Shown here: piece after piece, positions 1 through 9,846 of the stretch | How the letters are laid out: each line of letters opens with the position of its first letter | How positions within the stretch are numbered: position 1 is the stretch's first letter | NCBI GenBank assembly: GCA_964589775.1 | Contig: CAZPUN010000021.1 | Location: 60,001 to 92,000 of the forward strand | Reading direction: 5' to 3' | Origin: an uncultured archaeon | Lineage (GTDB): Archaea > Asgardarchaeota > Thorarchaeia > Thorarchaeales > CAZPUN01 | DNA length: 32,000 bases | Program-made: the position numbers and the translations under genes | The notes under the pieces: model-generated | Databases searched by the model: none | What the model was told of the DNA's origin: nothing | Seen by the model: only the letters and a program-made list of their open reading frames with translations

Positions 1-384
1 TTCGTATCGTTTATCATATATGTTCAAAGATATTTCACTTGAATTGCATACAGGCAAATATTTCTTCATCATTCTATGAAAACTATTTGTCGTTGTAATA
101 TTTACTATACCGAATGAACCATCTATGAATAAGAGTCCAGACTTTATTGTTTTACTATATTTAGGTACAAACTCGTACGCATTTGCCTTATTTTTCTTAA
201 TTGAACCTCCCCATTCTCTAAAATATTCTTTTATTATCTCCTCAGAACTATTCATATTTGTGATGGGACCACTATCTTCAATTAATTTCTTTCGGACAAA
301 TCCAAAACCTACCAATAAACCTGCAATTATTAAATTCACATCAAAACATAGTACAATCATTTCCCGCACCATACCATTACCCAT
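1..384 (-). CDS. Hypothetical protein with N-terminal hydrophobic anchor, truncated by the window edge
   Basis: Manual translation from ATG at 384 (MGNGMVREMIVLCFDVNLIIAGLLVGFGFVRKK...) stays open to base 1; not in the ORF track because it has no stop in the window. Confidence 0.55.
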   Translation of the reverse strand, partial: MGNGMVREMIVLCFDVNLIIAGLLVGFGFVRKKLIEDSGPITNMNSSEEIIKEYFREWGGSIKKNKANAYEFVPKYSKTIKSGLLFIDGSFGIVNITTTNSFHRMMKKYLPVCNSSEISLNIYDKRYE

Positions 385-546
385 ATATTCGTAAATTTCC
401 TTATAAGGAATCTTATTTTTGAGTCGTTTTCCGTTATCCTAATTCAAATTGTTACTTTTGCCCTCAATATCATAGATAAAACATTATATTAATATTAAAA
501 AGTCCACAAATTTTGTAATAACGAATGAGTAGATTGGTGAAGTTAG

Positions 547-1902
547 TTGCCAAAATTTGAAAAGGTATCAGTAATCGGGTCTGGAGCTGGTGGTCTATTA
601 ACCGCATTAGGTCTAGCGAATCGAAATATCAAAACTGATATTTATGAAATGGCTTCACATATTGGTGGTAGATTTTACAGTTATTATGTTGATGGATATT
701 GGGTTGATGAAGGGTTACATGTTATTACTCGAATAAATTCTGGTCCTTTCATTCGTTTTCTGCGTAATAATTTGAAGAGCATTCCAAAATTTGTGCCTCA
801 TGAAGGTTGGTATTTTAGAGTTTATGATCGTGAAGACACTGTGCCGAGTAGTGTTTTCAAGGCATTAAAATGGAAGCTAGTTGATTTTTCCGGGCGTATC
901 CAATTACTGAAAATTGGTGCAAAGATCAAAACAATGACTCATGAGAAAATGTTGCATGAAAAAGATAAGACATTCGCTCAATATTTGGATGAGCATAATA
1001 TTACTCATAAAGTACTTCGCGATATTCTTGAAAGTGGATTATATCTCGCTACGGGAGTTCCGATAACTGAAGCCTCAGCTTATGAATCTTTAATGACTTT
1101 GAAAGATACTGATAAAAATGAGCCAAAATTAAAGGCAATCAAGAAAATACTCTTCGGAACCAACGATTATGATGAAGGTTATGTAATTGGTGGTATGGGT
1201 GGCTTATTAGAACGAATTGTTGATGGAATTCATGGGGAAATAAAAACACAGTCAAAAGTAACCCAAATCGATGTTGAAGACAATCAGGTTGTAGGTATTC
1301 ATGTCAATGGTGAATATATTCCTACAAATTATGTTGTCAGTAATGTACCATTATGGAGCCTATATAAGCTTCTTCATGGTGTTGATTCCGAGACCATGAA
1401 CTGGTTCAAATCCTATAGTCATATGCGACCTACTTATGGGCTTACTATATGGTTTGGATTGAAGAAGAAAGTATTGAATGATCGAAAATCCCGTGTTATT
1501 GTGTATCCTCGTCCAAGTGCATGGATTGTCTCAACGAGTGCATACGATCCCAGTAGAGCTCCTGAGGGAAAGGAATTGGTCGCCGTTGCGACTATATTAC
1601 AGAAAGGCGAAAATCCCAAAAAGAAAGCCGAACTGTTGAAAGAAGAAGTATTAGAAAAATATCATCCGGAAATTTTGAAATATGCGGAGATGGAACATAT
1701 ACAACATTCCTATGCTACGCGAGCCGCTCTGATTCTTGGACAGACTTCTCTAGACCGCCCTGGACCTAGAACGCCAATCAAAGGCCTATATATCGTCGGT
1801 ACAGATACCGCAGGAAAAGGTGTGGGATTACAGCATGCAGCAAATTCTGCTCTGGGCGCAATTGACGCAATTACAAAAGATATGGAGATGCAAAATCAAT
1901 GA
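547..1902 (+). CDS. FAD-dependent oxidoreductase, phytoene desaturase / amine oxidase superfamily
   Basis: N-terminal GxGxxG (VIGSGAGGL), E..HIGGR, VDEGLH, C-terminal RTPIKGLYIVG; TTG start with GGTGA SD. Confidence 0.85.
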   Translation: MPKFEKVSVIGSGAGGLLTALGLANRNIKTDIYEMASHIGGRFYSYYVDGYWVDEGLHVITRINSGPFIRFLRNNLKSIPKFVPHEGWYFRVYDREDTVPSSVFKALKWKLVDFSGRIQLLKIGAKIKTMTHEKMLHEKDKTFAQYLDEHNITHKVLRDILESGLYLATGVPITEASAYESLMTLKDTDKNEPKLKAIKKILFGTNDYDEGYVIGGMGGLLERIVDGIHGEIKTQSKVTQIDVEDNQVVGIHVNGEYIPTNYVVSNVPLWSLYKLLHGVDSETMNWFKSYSHMRPTYGLTIWFGLKKKVLNDRKSRVIVYPRPSAWIVSTSAYDPSRAPEGKELVAVATILQKGENPKKKAELLKEEVLEKYHPEILKYAEMEHIQHSYATRAALILGQTSLDRPGPRTPIKGLYIVGTDTAGKGVGLQHAANSALGAIDAITKDMEMQNQ

Positions 1903-2495
1903 AGCCTATGGAATTTTGGATTGTAAGTGGAACTGGAATAAGCAAAACTCATATGTTAAATGCATTTGATAATGCGCTAAAAGAGTGCGGCTTGATAAAC
2001 CAAAATTTGGTCTATGTTTCATCAATTCCCCCTCCCAAAATGATCGACGTTCTCATTATTAATGGTGCTACTTGGGTGCCCATGGAGTATACAAAGGATC
2101 GTATTGAACCTGTATCAATCAAGTTTGAGAATGATAAATCTTACTTACGAATCCCAGAGCAGGAAATTATGTATGTTATTAAATCTGTATCCGAAGGAAC
2201 TTCTGGCGAATTTATTAGTAGTGGAATTGGAGTTGCTTGGTATTGGATCGATGTAGAACACAATGTTCTTGGAGCAGTTGCTATGGAAGAATATGGACAT
2301 CTTCCAGAATCAGAAATGCGCGAGTTAATTGCAGATCGTCTTATTGAAATGCTTAAGGCACGTGGCGTTGAACCCGTCCTAGAGAACAATGAGCCAAAGA
2401 TGAAAATCGTAACCCGCTCCATGACCGTTCCTGAAGATCATTTCGGTGTATGTGCGGTTTTTGTTGTTTTCAATCCCTACACTATGCGCTATTGA
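1899..2495 (+). CDS. pdaD: Pyruvoyl-dependent arginine decarboxylase
   Basis: AFDNALKECGLINQNLVYVSSIPP containing the Ser-Ser autocleavage site; EML..RG motif; ATGA overlap with upstream gene. Confidence 0.8.
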   Translation: MKPMEFWIVSGTGISKTHMLNAFDNALKECGLINQNLVYVSSIPPPKMIDVLIINGATWVPMEYTKDRIEPVSIKFENDKSYLRIPEQEIMYVIKSVSEGTSGEFISSGIGVAWYWIDVEHNVLGAVAMEEYGHLPESEMRELIADRLIEMLKARGVEPVLENNEPKMKIVTRSMTVPEDHFGVCAVFVVFNPYTMRY

Positions 2496-2649
2496 TACTT
2501 AATAACAACTATTTCCTCTAAATCATTCAATCAGAGTACTCCTATCTTAATACCTTCTTTTTCTCTATTGTATTGAAACGAAAGAAAAGAATATAAGTGA
2601 AAAAGGACCACTATTTTATGATTATATAATAGTTAAGGAGATTGAAATA

Positions 2650-3714
2650 ATGGCAAGAATTAAAATTGCTCTTGCTGGAATTGGAAATTCCGCTTCAGCC
2701 CTTGTACAAGGCCTTGAATATTATAAGGGTAAATCTGTTGAAGATTCCTTTGGACTAATTCACTATGAATTTGCAGGATATAATGTTGAAGATATTGAAG
2801 TTGTAGCCGCATTTGACGTGGCGGAAGGTAAAGTTGGAAAAGATTTATCTGAAGCAATTTTTGCGGCGCCAAATAATGTTATGAAATTTGCTGATGTACC
2901 CAAGACTGGTGTTACTGTAAAAATGGCACCTGTGCTTGATGGTATTGATGAGCACCTTAAAGTTCTTGTTAAGATTTCTTCAGAAAAGCCTGTTGATGTT
3001 GCGGAGGAACTGAAAAAATCCGGTGCTGAGATTTTGATCAACTTAGTTCCAGGCGGTGCTGAGAAAGCTTCGCTATTCTATGCTGAGGAGGCACTTAAAG
3101 CAGGTGTAGGATTTATCAATGCCGCTCCTGTTGAAATAGCAACGAACAAAGAAATCGCAGAGAAATATAAAGCTGCACGACTTCCATTGATAGGTGATGA
3201 TTTACAAGATCAACTAGGCTCTACAGTTTTAAATCGCGATATTCTTCAACTTCTCGTGAAGCGTGGAGTCAAAATTGATGCAAGTTATCAGTTAGACGTC
3301 GGTGGTGGTTTAGAATCTCTTGATACTCATGTACGATGGAGATTGAAAAAGAGGGAGATTAAAAGCAAAGCAATTGCACAAGATGTTCCTTATGACGCTG
3401 CACTTGTAGCCGGGTCATCTGACTATGTAGACTTTCTTGGGAATGCCCGTGAATCGTACTTCTATCTTAGAGGTTTCCAGTTTGGTGGAGCTCCTATCGA
3501 CATAGACATTAGATTTCATGTAACCGATGGCCCGAATGCTGCAGCAGTACTACTAGATACAATTAGAGCTGCAAAGTTAGCAATCAAGCGAAAGATCGGC
3601 GGACCATTAGTGTCTGTATGCGCATATGGTTTTAAGAATCCTCCACAAACAGCAACATTATCAGAAGCAGAACGCATGATTGAAGACTTTATATTGGGTA
3701 AAAGAACCTCATAA
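2650..3714 (+). CDS. ino1: myo-inositol-1-phosphate synthase
   Basis: IAxAGIGNSASALVQG, VAAFDV..KVGKDLSEAI, IGDD..QLGST, D.PNAAAV motifs; AAGGAG SD. Confidence 0.93.
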   Translation: MARIKIALAGIGNSASALVQGLEYYKGKSVEDSFGLIHYEFAGYNVEDIEVVAAFDVAEGKVGKDLSEAIFAAPNNVMKFADVPKTGVTVKMAPVLDGIDEHLKVLVKISSEKPVDVAEELKKSGAEILINLVPGGAEKASLFYAEEALKAGVGFINAAPVEIATNKEIAEKYKAARLPLIGDDLQDQLGSTVLNRDILQLLVKRGVKIDASYQLDVGGGLESLDTHVRWRLKKREIKSKAIAQDVPYDAALVAGSSDYVDFLGNARESYFYLRGFQFGGAPIDIDIRFHVTDGPNAAAVLLDTIRAAKLAIKRKIGGPLVSVCAYGFKNPPQTATLSEAERMIEDFILGKRTS

Positions 3715-3804
3715 TTGCTGTTTTTCTTTTCCTATTTTTTAGATATTGAGACCATATCAACAGAAATATTAATTATTTCTATATCTTAGTTCTTGGTGTA
3801 AAAT

Positions 3805-4830
3805 TTGGAGCGTGTCCGACTCTCTTTAGGCACTGCAATAATGCTAGAACTAGAATCCGGAATTTTTCCTCATGTACTTTCTACTGGGTTCATTATGACT
3901 TATACAAAAAATAAATGCATGGCAAATTGTGCGTTTTGTCCTCAGGCACGTGAGAGTCATGGACGCGCAGATATGCTTTCACGGATTACGTGGCCTGATT
4001 ATCCTTTCTCAATAGTACTTCAGAGAATCGTAGAAAAACATAAGAAGTTCAGCCGATTTTGTATTCAGACTATTAACTATCCGACAGTTATTGAGGATAG
4101 TATTGAAATTATATCAAATCTTCGCGCAAAGACAAAAAAACCAATTTCCATCGCTATTCATGCGATCACTATTGATGATATGAAACGGCTAAAAGAAGCT
4201 GGAGCCACGAATATTTCAATTCCTCTAGATGGTGCGACAGAGGAAGTTTTCGAACGAATAAAAGGTTCTAAGACCGGAAGTCCATATCGTTGGGCTAGTC
4301 ATAATAAAGCAATTGATGATGCATTAAAAGTATTTGGCATAAATAATGTTTCGACACACATTATTGTTGGACTTGGCGAGACTGAACAAGATGTTGTTAA
4401 ACTAATTGATCAAATGTACAATAAAGGAGTTCGTGTAGCTCTTTTTGCATTTACTCCAATAAGAGGGACTGCTCTTGAAAAAATGTCTCAGCCCGACCTT
4501 GGAAGCTATCGGCGGATCCAACTAATTCGCTACCTGCTTGAACGAAAATATATTTCATATTCTAACATTTCCTTCACAAATGGAAAGATTGCGAATATCG
4601 ATATTAACCTTGAAAAATTGTATCACGCGTTAAAAGTTGGCCAACCGTTTCGAGTATCTGGCTGCCCCGGCTGTAATCGCCCATATTATAACGAGCGTCC
4701 GCTTGGTCCTATGTATAATTATCATCGTCGTCTTTCTAAAGACGAAATTAATAAGGCGATTAATGATTTAGAAATCAAAATAAATGGTGATAAGATTGGA
4801 CAGATTTCGTTTAATACCATTCTCAGTTAA
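3805..4830 (+). CDS. lipS2: Radical SAM protein, LipS2-type lipoyl synthase subunit
   Basis: CMANCAFC radical SAM motif; C-terminal SGCPGCNRP matches the LipS2 signature TxGCPxC(N/D)RP; adjacent to lipoate ligase genes. Confidence 0.78.
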   Translation: MERVRLSLGTAIMLELESGIFPHVLSTGFIMTYTKNKCMANCAFCPQARESHGRADMLSRITWPDYPFSIVLQRIVEKHKKFSRFCIQTINYPTVIEDSIEIISNLRAKTKKPISIAIHAITIDDMKRLKEAGATNISIPLDGATEEVFERIKGSKTGSPYRWASHNKAIDDALKVFGINNVSTHIIVGLGETEQDVVKLIDQMYNKGVRVALFAFTPIRGTALEKMSQPDLGSYRRIQLIRYLLERKYISYSNISFTNGKIANIDINLEKLYHALKVGQPFRVSGCPGCNRPYYNERPLGPMYNYHRRLSKDEINKAINDLEIKINGDKIGQISFNTILS

Positions 4831-5563
4831 TAATGCCTTCAAAAATATGGCTATTGATGAAGCAATTATGATTGCTGTATCTGAAGGAACAGTACTTCCA
4901 ACTCTGCGATTTTATCGTTGGGAACCATCTGCAATTTCAATTGGAACATTTCAAAGTATGACTGATGAAGTCGATGTTGAAAAATGTAAAGAGCTTGGTG
5001 TTGATGTTGTACGTCGTATAACTGGTGGCGGTGCTGTATATCATGACAAAAAGGGCGAAGTAACATATAGCATTGCTGTACCTTTAGGTCACAGACTAGC
5101 ACCTTCTGATATTCTTGAATCATATAAAATAATATGTAGTGGAATAATTGAAGGCTTGAAATCACTTGGAATACATGCAGAATTCAGTCCGATAAATGAT
5201 GTTATTGTGAATGGTAAGAAAATCTCCGGGAATGCTCAGACAAGGCGAAAGGGTGTTTTGCTCCAGCATGGTACTGTGCTAGTTGATTTTGATCCGGAAA
5301 CGATGTTTTCTCTACTTAAGGTTCCAGATGAGAAGATACGAGATAAAAAGATAAAATTAGTTAGAAAACGAGTTACTTCGATTAGACATGAACTCGGTAA
5401 AATGTTACCTCTTGAGCATGTTGCAAAACAATTGCGTAAATCATTCCAAGAAGCGTTATCTATAGATCTTGTTGAGGATGGATTGACCTCTTATGAACTA
5501 AAGTTGGCTGAAAAAATTGCTGCGGAACGATATCAGAATCATGATTGGAATTTTAGGAGATGA
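4784..5563 (+). CDS. lplA: Lipoate-protein ligase catalytic subunit (LplA-N / LipM-like)
   Basis: NMAIDEA, PTLRFYRW, RRITGGGAVYHD, KKISGNAQ, LQHGT motifs. Confidence 0.92.
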   Translation: MVIRLDRFRLIPFSVNNAFKNMAIDEAIMIAVSEGTVLPTLRFYRWEPSAISIGTFQSMTDEVDVEKCKELGVDVVRRITGGGAVYHDKKGEVTYSIAVPLGHRLAPSDILESYKIICSGIIEGLKSLGIHAEFSPINDVIVNGKKISGNAQTRRKGVLLQHGTVLVDFDPETMFSLLKVPDEKIRDKKIKLVRKRVTSIRHELGKMLPLEHVAKQLRKSFQEALSIDLVEDGLTSYELKLAEKIAAERYQNHDWNFRR

Positions 5564-5838
5564 AACTAATGCAGATGATCGATTATAAAGTTCCTGGTGG
5601 GAAACTCCTTCGTATAAAAGCTGAAATTCAAGATGGCAAAATTGATAAAGTTATGATCTTAGGCGATTTTTTTGTACACCCTGAAGACGCAATTGAAGAA
5701 ATCGAGAAATCACTTTATGGCTGTCCTTTAAATAAAAACGATATTTTAGAGAGAATAAATCGCATAATTTCCAGAGGCGTTTCTATAATCGGGTTCTCAG
5801 CTGAAGATGTCGCTGAAGTTTTGCTTCAAATGAAATAG
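5560..5838 (+). CDS. lplB: Lipoate-protein ligase accessory subunit (LplB)
   Basis: KVPGGKL...I.GDFFVHPED.IEEIE..L.G signature; ATGA overlap with lplA. Confidence 0.88.
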   Translation: MKLMQMIDYKVPGGKLLRIKAEIQDGKIDKVMILGDFFVHPEDAIEEIEKSLYGCPLNKNDILERINRIISRGVSIIGFSAEDVAEVLLQMK

Positions 5839-5952
5839 AATGATGTATTCATGTATTTTCTCTCTAACCAATAAACCCTTATATATTATTTTTTTCACTT
5901 TATAACTGCATTATAATTTATTATGTTAAATAAATAATAGGGGCACAAAATC

Positions 5953-6531
5953 GTGAGCATACACTCTCCTCTCCGTCGTACAAGGACTGGCGAACGTACC
6001 GTAACCTTGGTGGGTCCTTATGATCTAATTGAGTTATTTGATGTATTTGGAAATATATCGGAATCTGATGAGCAGTGGCATTCGCTAAGAATAAAGTATG
6101 CTTCTAAATTGAATGATAAAAAGGCAAAACAATGCCTTGCTGAAGCGCGACGAATAGCTCATAAGAAAAAGAATGGAAGCGATGAACTAAAAGCAAAGCA
6201 GGCGTTATTATTACTATCACTGTATTTGATTATTGAGACCTATTATGAGCATAACGAAAATTATTATATGTTAGGAAAATCAATCGCTGAAGAATTAGAT
6301 GCCTTAAAAAAACTGGGACAGATTGATGTCTTTCACAGTCGTCTTCAACATTATATCGAGCGATTCTTAGCAGAAACTATTCATAGTGGTACTGAAAAAA
6401 TCACGCCGGCAATAATTTCTTTTGTTGAGAGTTGTAGAAAATACAACATTCCCATTGAATCTCCTGAACTACTCGCATTATATGAAACATTCACAGATCC
6501 CAGCAAAACAATTAAGAAAAATGTTATCTAA
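5953..6531 (+). CDS. Hypothetical, mostly helical protein
   Basis: 192-aa ORF, GTG start with AGGGG upstream, fills the gap between genes; no recognised motif. Confidence 0.65.
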   Translation: MSIHSPLRRTRTGERTVTLVGPYDLIELFDVFGNISESDEQWHSLRIKYASKLNDKKAKQCLAEARRIAHKKKNGSDELKAKQALLLLSLYLIIETYYEHNENYYMLGKSIAEELDALKKLGQIDVFHSRLQHYIERFLAETIHSGTEKITPAIISFVESCRKYNIPIESPELLALYETFTDPSKTIKKNVI

Positions 6532-6541
6532 TTAGGCATCA

Positions 6542-7234
6542 CTATTTTTCTTTTCTTTTTTGTATATCCGAAATTAAATACATTTCATCCATCATCTTTC
6601 CTATTTTTGGATCGTGCGTTACAACAACAAGTGAGCCGCCTTCATATTTTGTTTCCTTGATTAAAAGATCCATAATGACTTTTGCAGTCGAAGGGTCCAA
6701 ATCTGCCGTGGGTTCATCTGCAAGAATAATTTTCGGCTTGTTAGCTAAAGCTCTCGCAATTGCTACGCGTTGTTGTTCGCCTCCAGATAATTCGTTGGGA
6801 TAGTGATCCATTCGTTCTTGTAAATTCACCCGCTCCAAAAGCTCTTGTGCGCGTTGTAATCGTTTTTCTTTATCAATTCCTGCAATTTGCATGGGAAGCA
6901 TTACATTTTCTAAAGCCGTCATTACTGGAACTAAATTATAGAATTGAAAAACAAAGCCAATATCCCATAGTCTTATACTTGCAAGTGCATTTTCTGACAT
7001 GGTGGTTATATTCTTATTATCAATAAAAACTTCACCTGAAGTGGGTCTGTCAAGAGTTCCAATTATATTTAGAAGTGTTGTTTTACCTGAGCCAGATGGA
7101 CCCATGATCGATATTGAACGGCCTTTTTCTAGCTGTAAATTTACGTTGTTTAAAATATGAAATACTTTGCCGTCTTTATAATAATCCTTCGATACATTTT
7201 TGACATAAAGTAAGAGATTATCACTGCTTGACAT
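6542..7234 (-). CDS. ABC transporter ATP-binding protein (LolD/MacB-like)
   Basis: Walker A GPSGSGKT, GFVFQFYNL, LSGGEQQRVAIARAL, ADEPT, VVTHD; start revised to ATG 7234. Confidence 0.93.
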   Translation of the reverse strand: MSSSDNLLLYVKNVSKDYYKDGKVFHILNNVNLQLEKGRSISIMGPSGSGKTTLLNIIGTLDRPTSGEVFIDNKNITTMSENALASIRLWDIGFVFQFYNLVPVMTALENVMLPMQIAGIDKEKRLQRAQELLERVNLQERMDHYPNELSGGEQQRVAIARALANKPKIILADEPTADLDPSTAKVIMDLLIKETKYEGGSLVVVTHDPKIGKMMDEMYLISDIQKRKEK

Positions 7235-7411
7235 AATAGTTAATACTTTTAAAAAACATCTTTTATGATTTGTTATTATATTATTTCTGAAAATCTGTAA
7301 TCGTTTATATATGTAAAAGAAATATTTGATGTACACTTTTTTATCTCAAAATTTTTGTAAAAATTTATATTTGTATATGACATATTTATTTCTAATAATG
7401 AGGTAATTATC

Positions 7412-7690
7412 ATGACGTACGGATTTCTTGTCTTCTATAAATTTAAGCAACTAAATGAGGAGGAAGAAAAGAAGGCAAGAAACTTTTGGAAGGAGTTTAG
7501 AAATAATTTACCGGGAAATATAAAATTGGTCGGAGAATATAAACACGCTTGGGGTACCCAGTGGAATGGATATCTCGTTCTTGAAGCCGAAACTATGAAT
7601 GATTTCATTAAATTTTGGCCCATTTTTAGAGATAAAACCCGCTGGTATGTGCAAGCGACGGAGACTATAATCTCAACGAAAACTGAATGA
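7412..7690 (+). CDS. Small ferredoxin-like fold protein (GYD/DUF3303-like)
   Basis: 92 aa with beta-alpha-beta-beta-alpha-beta pattern (IKLVGEY..WGTQWNGYLVLEAE); GAGGT SD. Confidence 0.65.
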   Translation: MTYGFLVFYKFKQLNEEEEKKARNFWKEFRNNLPGNIKLVGEYKHAWGTQWNGYLVLEAETMNDFIKFWPIFRDKTRWYVQATETIISTKTE

Positions 7691-7713
7691 AAGGAGGATA
7701 GATCAGCCCCACT

Positions 7714-7750
7714 AGATGATGCGCATACGTTGTGCATCATCTTCTCTTTT
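7714..7750 (+). terminator. 12-bp hairpin followed by a pyrimidine/T run
   Basis: AGATGATGCGCA-TACGT-TGTGCATCATCT (one G-U on + strand), then TCTCTTTT. Confidence 0.5.
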
Positions 7751-7886
7751 GTTTATTGATTTTTTCGCGATATGATCAATGCTATTTTTAAAACCCATAT
7801 CATAAAAAAGGATATTTATAAATTTTTGATAATCTCGAAATTGATTTTTAATGTGTATTTAAGTAAGAGAATCTTATGTAAATACA

Positions 7887-8351
7887 CTATATTCTATTTT
7901 TTTCTTTTATGTATTTTAAAATTTCAAGATGTATTGTTGTTGGGTCTTTTTGATATACTTTCGGCGTAAATCTCTTTGCACGCACGATTGCTTTATCTAA
8001 TTGTGAAAGGTCTTTACACCAAATTAGATATCCATTTGTATCCATATATTCTGCCAATTGGTCTTGATGTGCATCAAGCAGATCTTTATTTGTAACTACT
8101 ATTAGTTTTCGGCCCTTTTGTATATTCTCAAATATCGTTCCTGAGCCCGCAGAAGCAATTATGATATTTGCTTTTTCATAATATGGTTCTAAACTTGGAA
8201 CTAATCTCACATATCCAAAATTCTTAGGAATATACTCTCCAATGCCAATTTGGGCAAATACCTCATCCTTGATTTTTCCTTTTTCAACTAGTTCATCAAC
8301 GGCTTTGACTAATTTATCAAATTTATATGTTCCAACTGTAACAAAGATCAT
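7887..8351 (-). CDS. Alg13/PssE-like GT28 C-terminal glycosyltransferase subunit
   Basis: MIFVTVGT..FD.L, AQIG, AGSGTI, DAHQ.QLA motifs. Confidence 0.88.
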   Translation of the reverse strand: MIFVTVGTYKFDKLVKAVDELVEKGKIKDEVFAQIGIGEYIPKNFGYVRLVPSLEPYYEKANIIIASAGSGTIFENIQKGRKLIVVTNKDLLDAHQDQLAEYMDTNGYLIWCKDLSQLDKAIVRAKRFTPKVYQKDPTTIHLEILKYIKEKNRI

Positions 8352-8836
8352 ATTAACTTACCCCGATAAATTGCCTTTGGATATTTCTTAGCAAGTTCTT
8401 TCCATTGTACAAAAAAGAGATCCGTTCGGCCATACATTATTTTTCCTGTCATCGACAGTTCTTTAATTCTACTAAGGCTTTCTATATAAAAGGTATATAG
8501 CCCAAGAACCTTTGCAGCAAAAAATACCGGTACAGTTAGTCCACTTCCCGGACTCGCAACAGCAGCAATTTTGTGCTTTCTAAGTAAATTTAGCATAACA
8601 AAAAATGTCTTTATAGTTCTATATGCCGATTTAATCTTGCTTGCATGAGGATCATCACGAGGTGAATCTACATGAATGATCGTACCGGGGAGTTTTTTAT
8701 TCCGAATCTTCTTCTCTCCAAGTTCATTTGTCTTGGACATTATATATACTAACTCTACGTAATCTTTCAAAGATTCTGCAAGCTTAATTCCCTGCCGTGT
8801 ATGCCCACCTTTTCCAAGTACTATAGCTATTTTCAT
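8348..8836 (-). CDS. Alg14/PssD-like glycosyltransferase N-terminal subunit
   Basis: VLGKGGHT, SPGSGL.VP, YIESLSRI..LS.TGK, FFVQW motifs; 4-nt overlap with the Alg13-like gene. Confidence 0.88.
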   Translation of the reverse strand: MKIAIVLGKGGHTRQGIKLAESLKDYVELVYIMSKTNELGEKKIRNKKLPGTIIHVDSPRDDPHASKIKSAYRTIKTFFVMLNLLRKHKIAAVASPGSGLTVPVFFAAKVLGLYTFYIESLSRIKELSMTGKIMYGRTDLFFVQWKELAKKYPKAIYRGKLI

Positions 8837-9032
8837 TTTTCTAATCGCCAGTTCTATAATCTTTATGTTTCTTTTTTAATTTATTGTGACAGGCTTAATC
8901 AGACGTCTCAGTATATTATTTCCTTATTATATATGCAATACGTGAAGAATACTTACTTTTATTTATTTTTATGAGAATATTTCCAATAGAAATAAAGGTT
9001 AATTAGTTAAAAAATAAATTAAGTGATGCGTT

Positions 9033-9803
9033 ATGAGCATTAAAAAAGACCGACCGACCACGTCCAAGCGTCCTCAAACCCAAGGTAAGAAATTAGCCAA
9101 GAAAGATCTATTAAGGCTCAGGGGATTGAGTCTTTCATTTAGGATGTATTATTTTGAGAAAGATCTTACCGTTTCACAAGTGATGAGTAAAATTAAATCT
9201 GCATTAGGTGATGAGGGATTCATATCTGCATCTCAACAGCCTGACCGTGTATCTGCCGAATTTATTATTAGTTTTCCAGTTCATGTATCTGGGCTCGATT
9301 CATATGGGAACATAATGCCCATGACCTACATGGCACAGGAGAAAGGTACTGTTATTATCAAGCCAGAGACTCGTACTATTGAGGTACGTGGTTCAAAGAG
9401 GGTAGCAAAGCGTGCGATTTATACATTAGAGAAGATCTTCAATATGAAGATAAACTCTCTAGGTTTCAATAATGGTGGAATGGCAGAACTGTATAAGAAA
9501 GCAAACACTATTGGATCTGTTTTGATTACGGATATGGAAAATCCATATTTGCGAGCTATTGAAATTAGCGGAGAATCTGTTCGTAACGCACCTGAAATTG
9601 GTGTATTTACACGACGCCAGAAGGGAAAGATTTCCCGATTTCGTGGTGCATTTGAGTTTCCCTCGGGTCAAATATTGACGACTACAATTGACGCTGATGG
9701 AAGTGTAATTATATACAAGAAAGGCGAAGGACTATACGCATTGGACGTGGATTGGTTCGTACAAACATTAGAGGAGACTGCCCTTGCACATCTTGAAGGA
9801 TAG
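9033..9803 (+). CDS. Hypothetical alpha/beta protein with basic N-terminal tail
   Basis: 256-aa ORF, Lys/Arg-rich N-terminus; family not recognised with confidence. Confidence 0.7.
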   Translation: MSIKKDRPTTSKRPQTQGKKLAKKDLLRLRGLSLSFRMYYFEKDLTVSQVMSKIKSALGDEGFISASQQPDRVSAEFIISFPVHVSGLDSYGNIMPMTYMAQEKGTVIIKPETRTIEVRGSKRVAKRAIYTLEKIFNMKINSLGFNNGGMAELYKKANTIGSVLITDMENPYLRAIEISGESVRNAPEIGVFTRRQKGKISRFRGAFEFPSGQILTTTIDADGSVIIYKKGEGLYALDVDWFVQTLEETALAHLEG

Positions 9804-9846
9804 GATGCGCGTGGGCTTTTCTCCTCATCTTTCAAACTTTTTTTGA

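Noticed and set aside
125-394. Plus-strand 89-aa ORF and other antisense shadow ORFs (e.g. 10196-10699, 19661-20206, 22516-23070, 27004-27453)
   Set aside because: They overlap better-supported genes on the opposite strand and have no motifs
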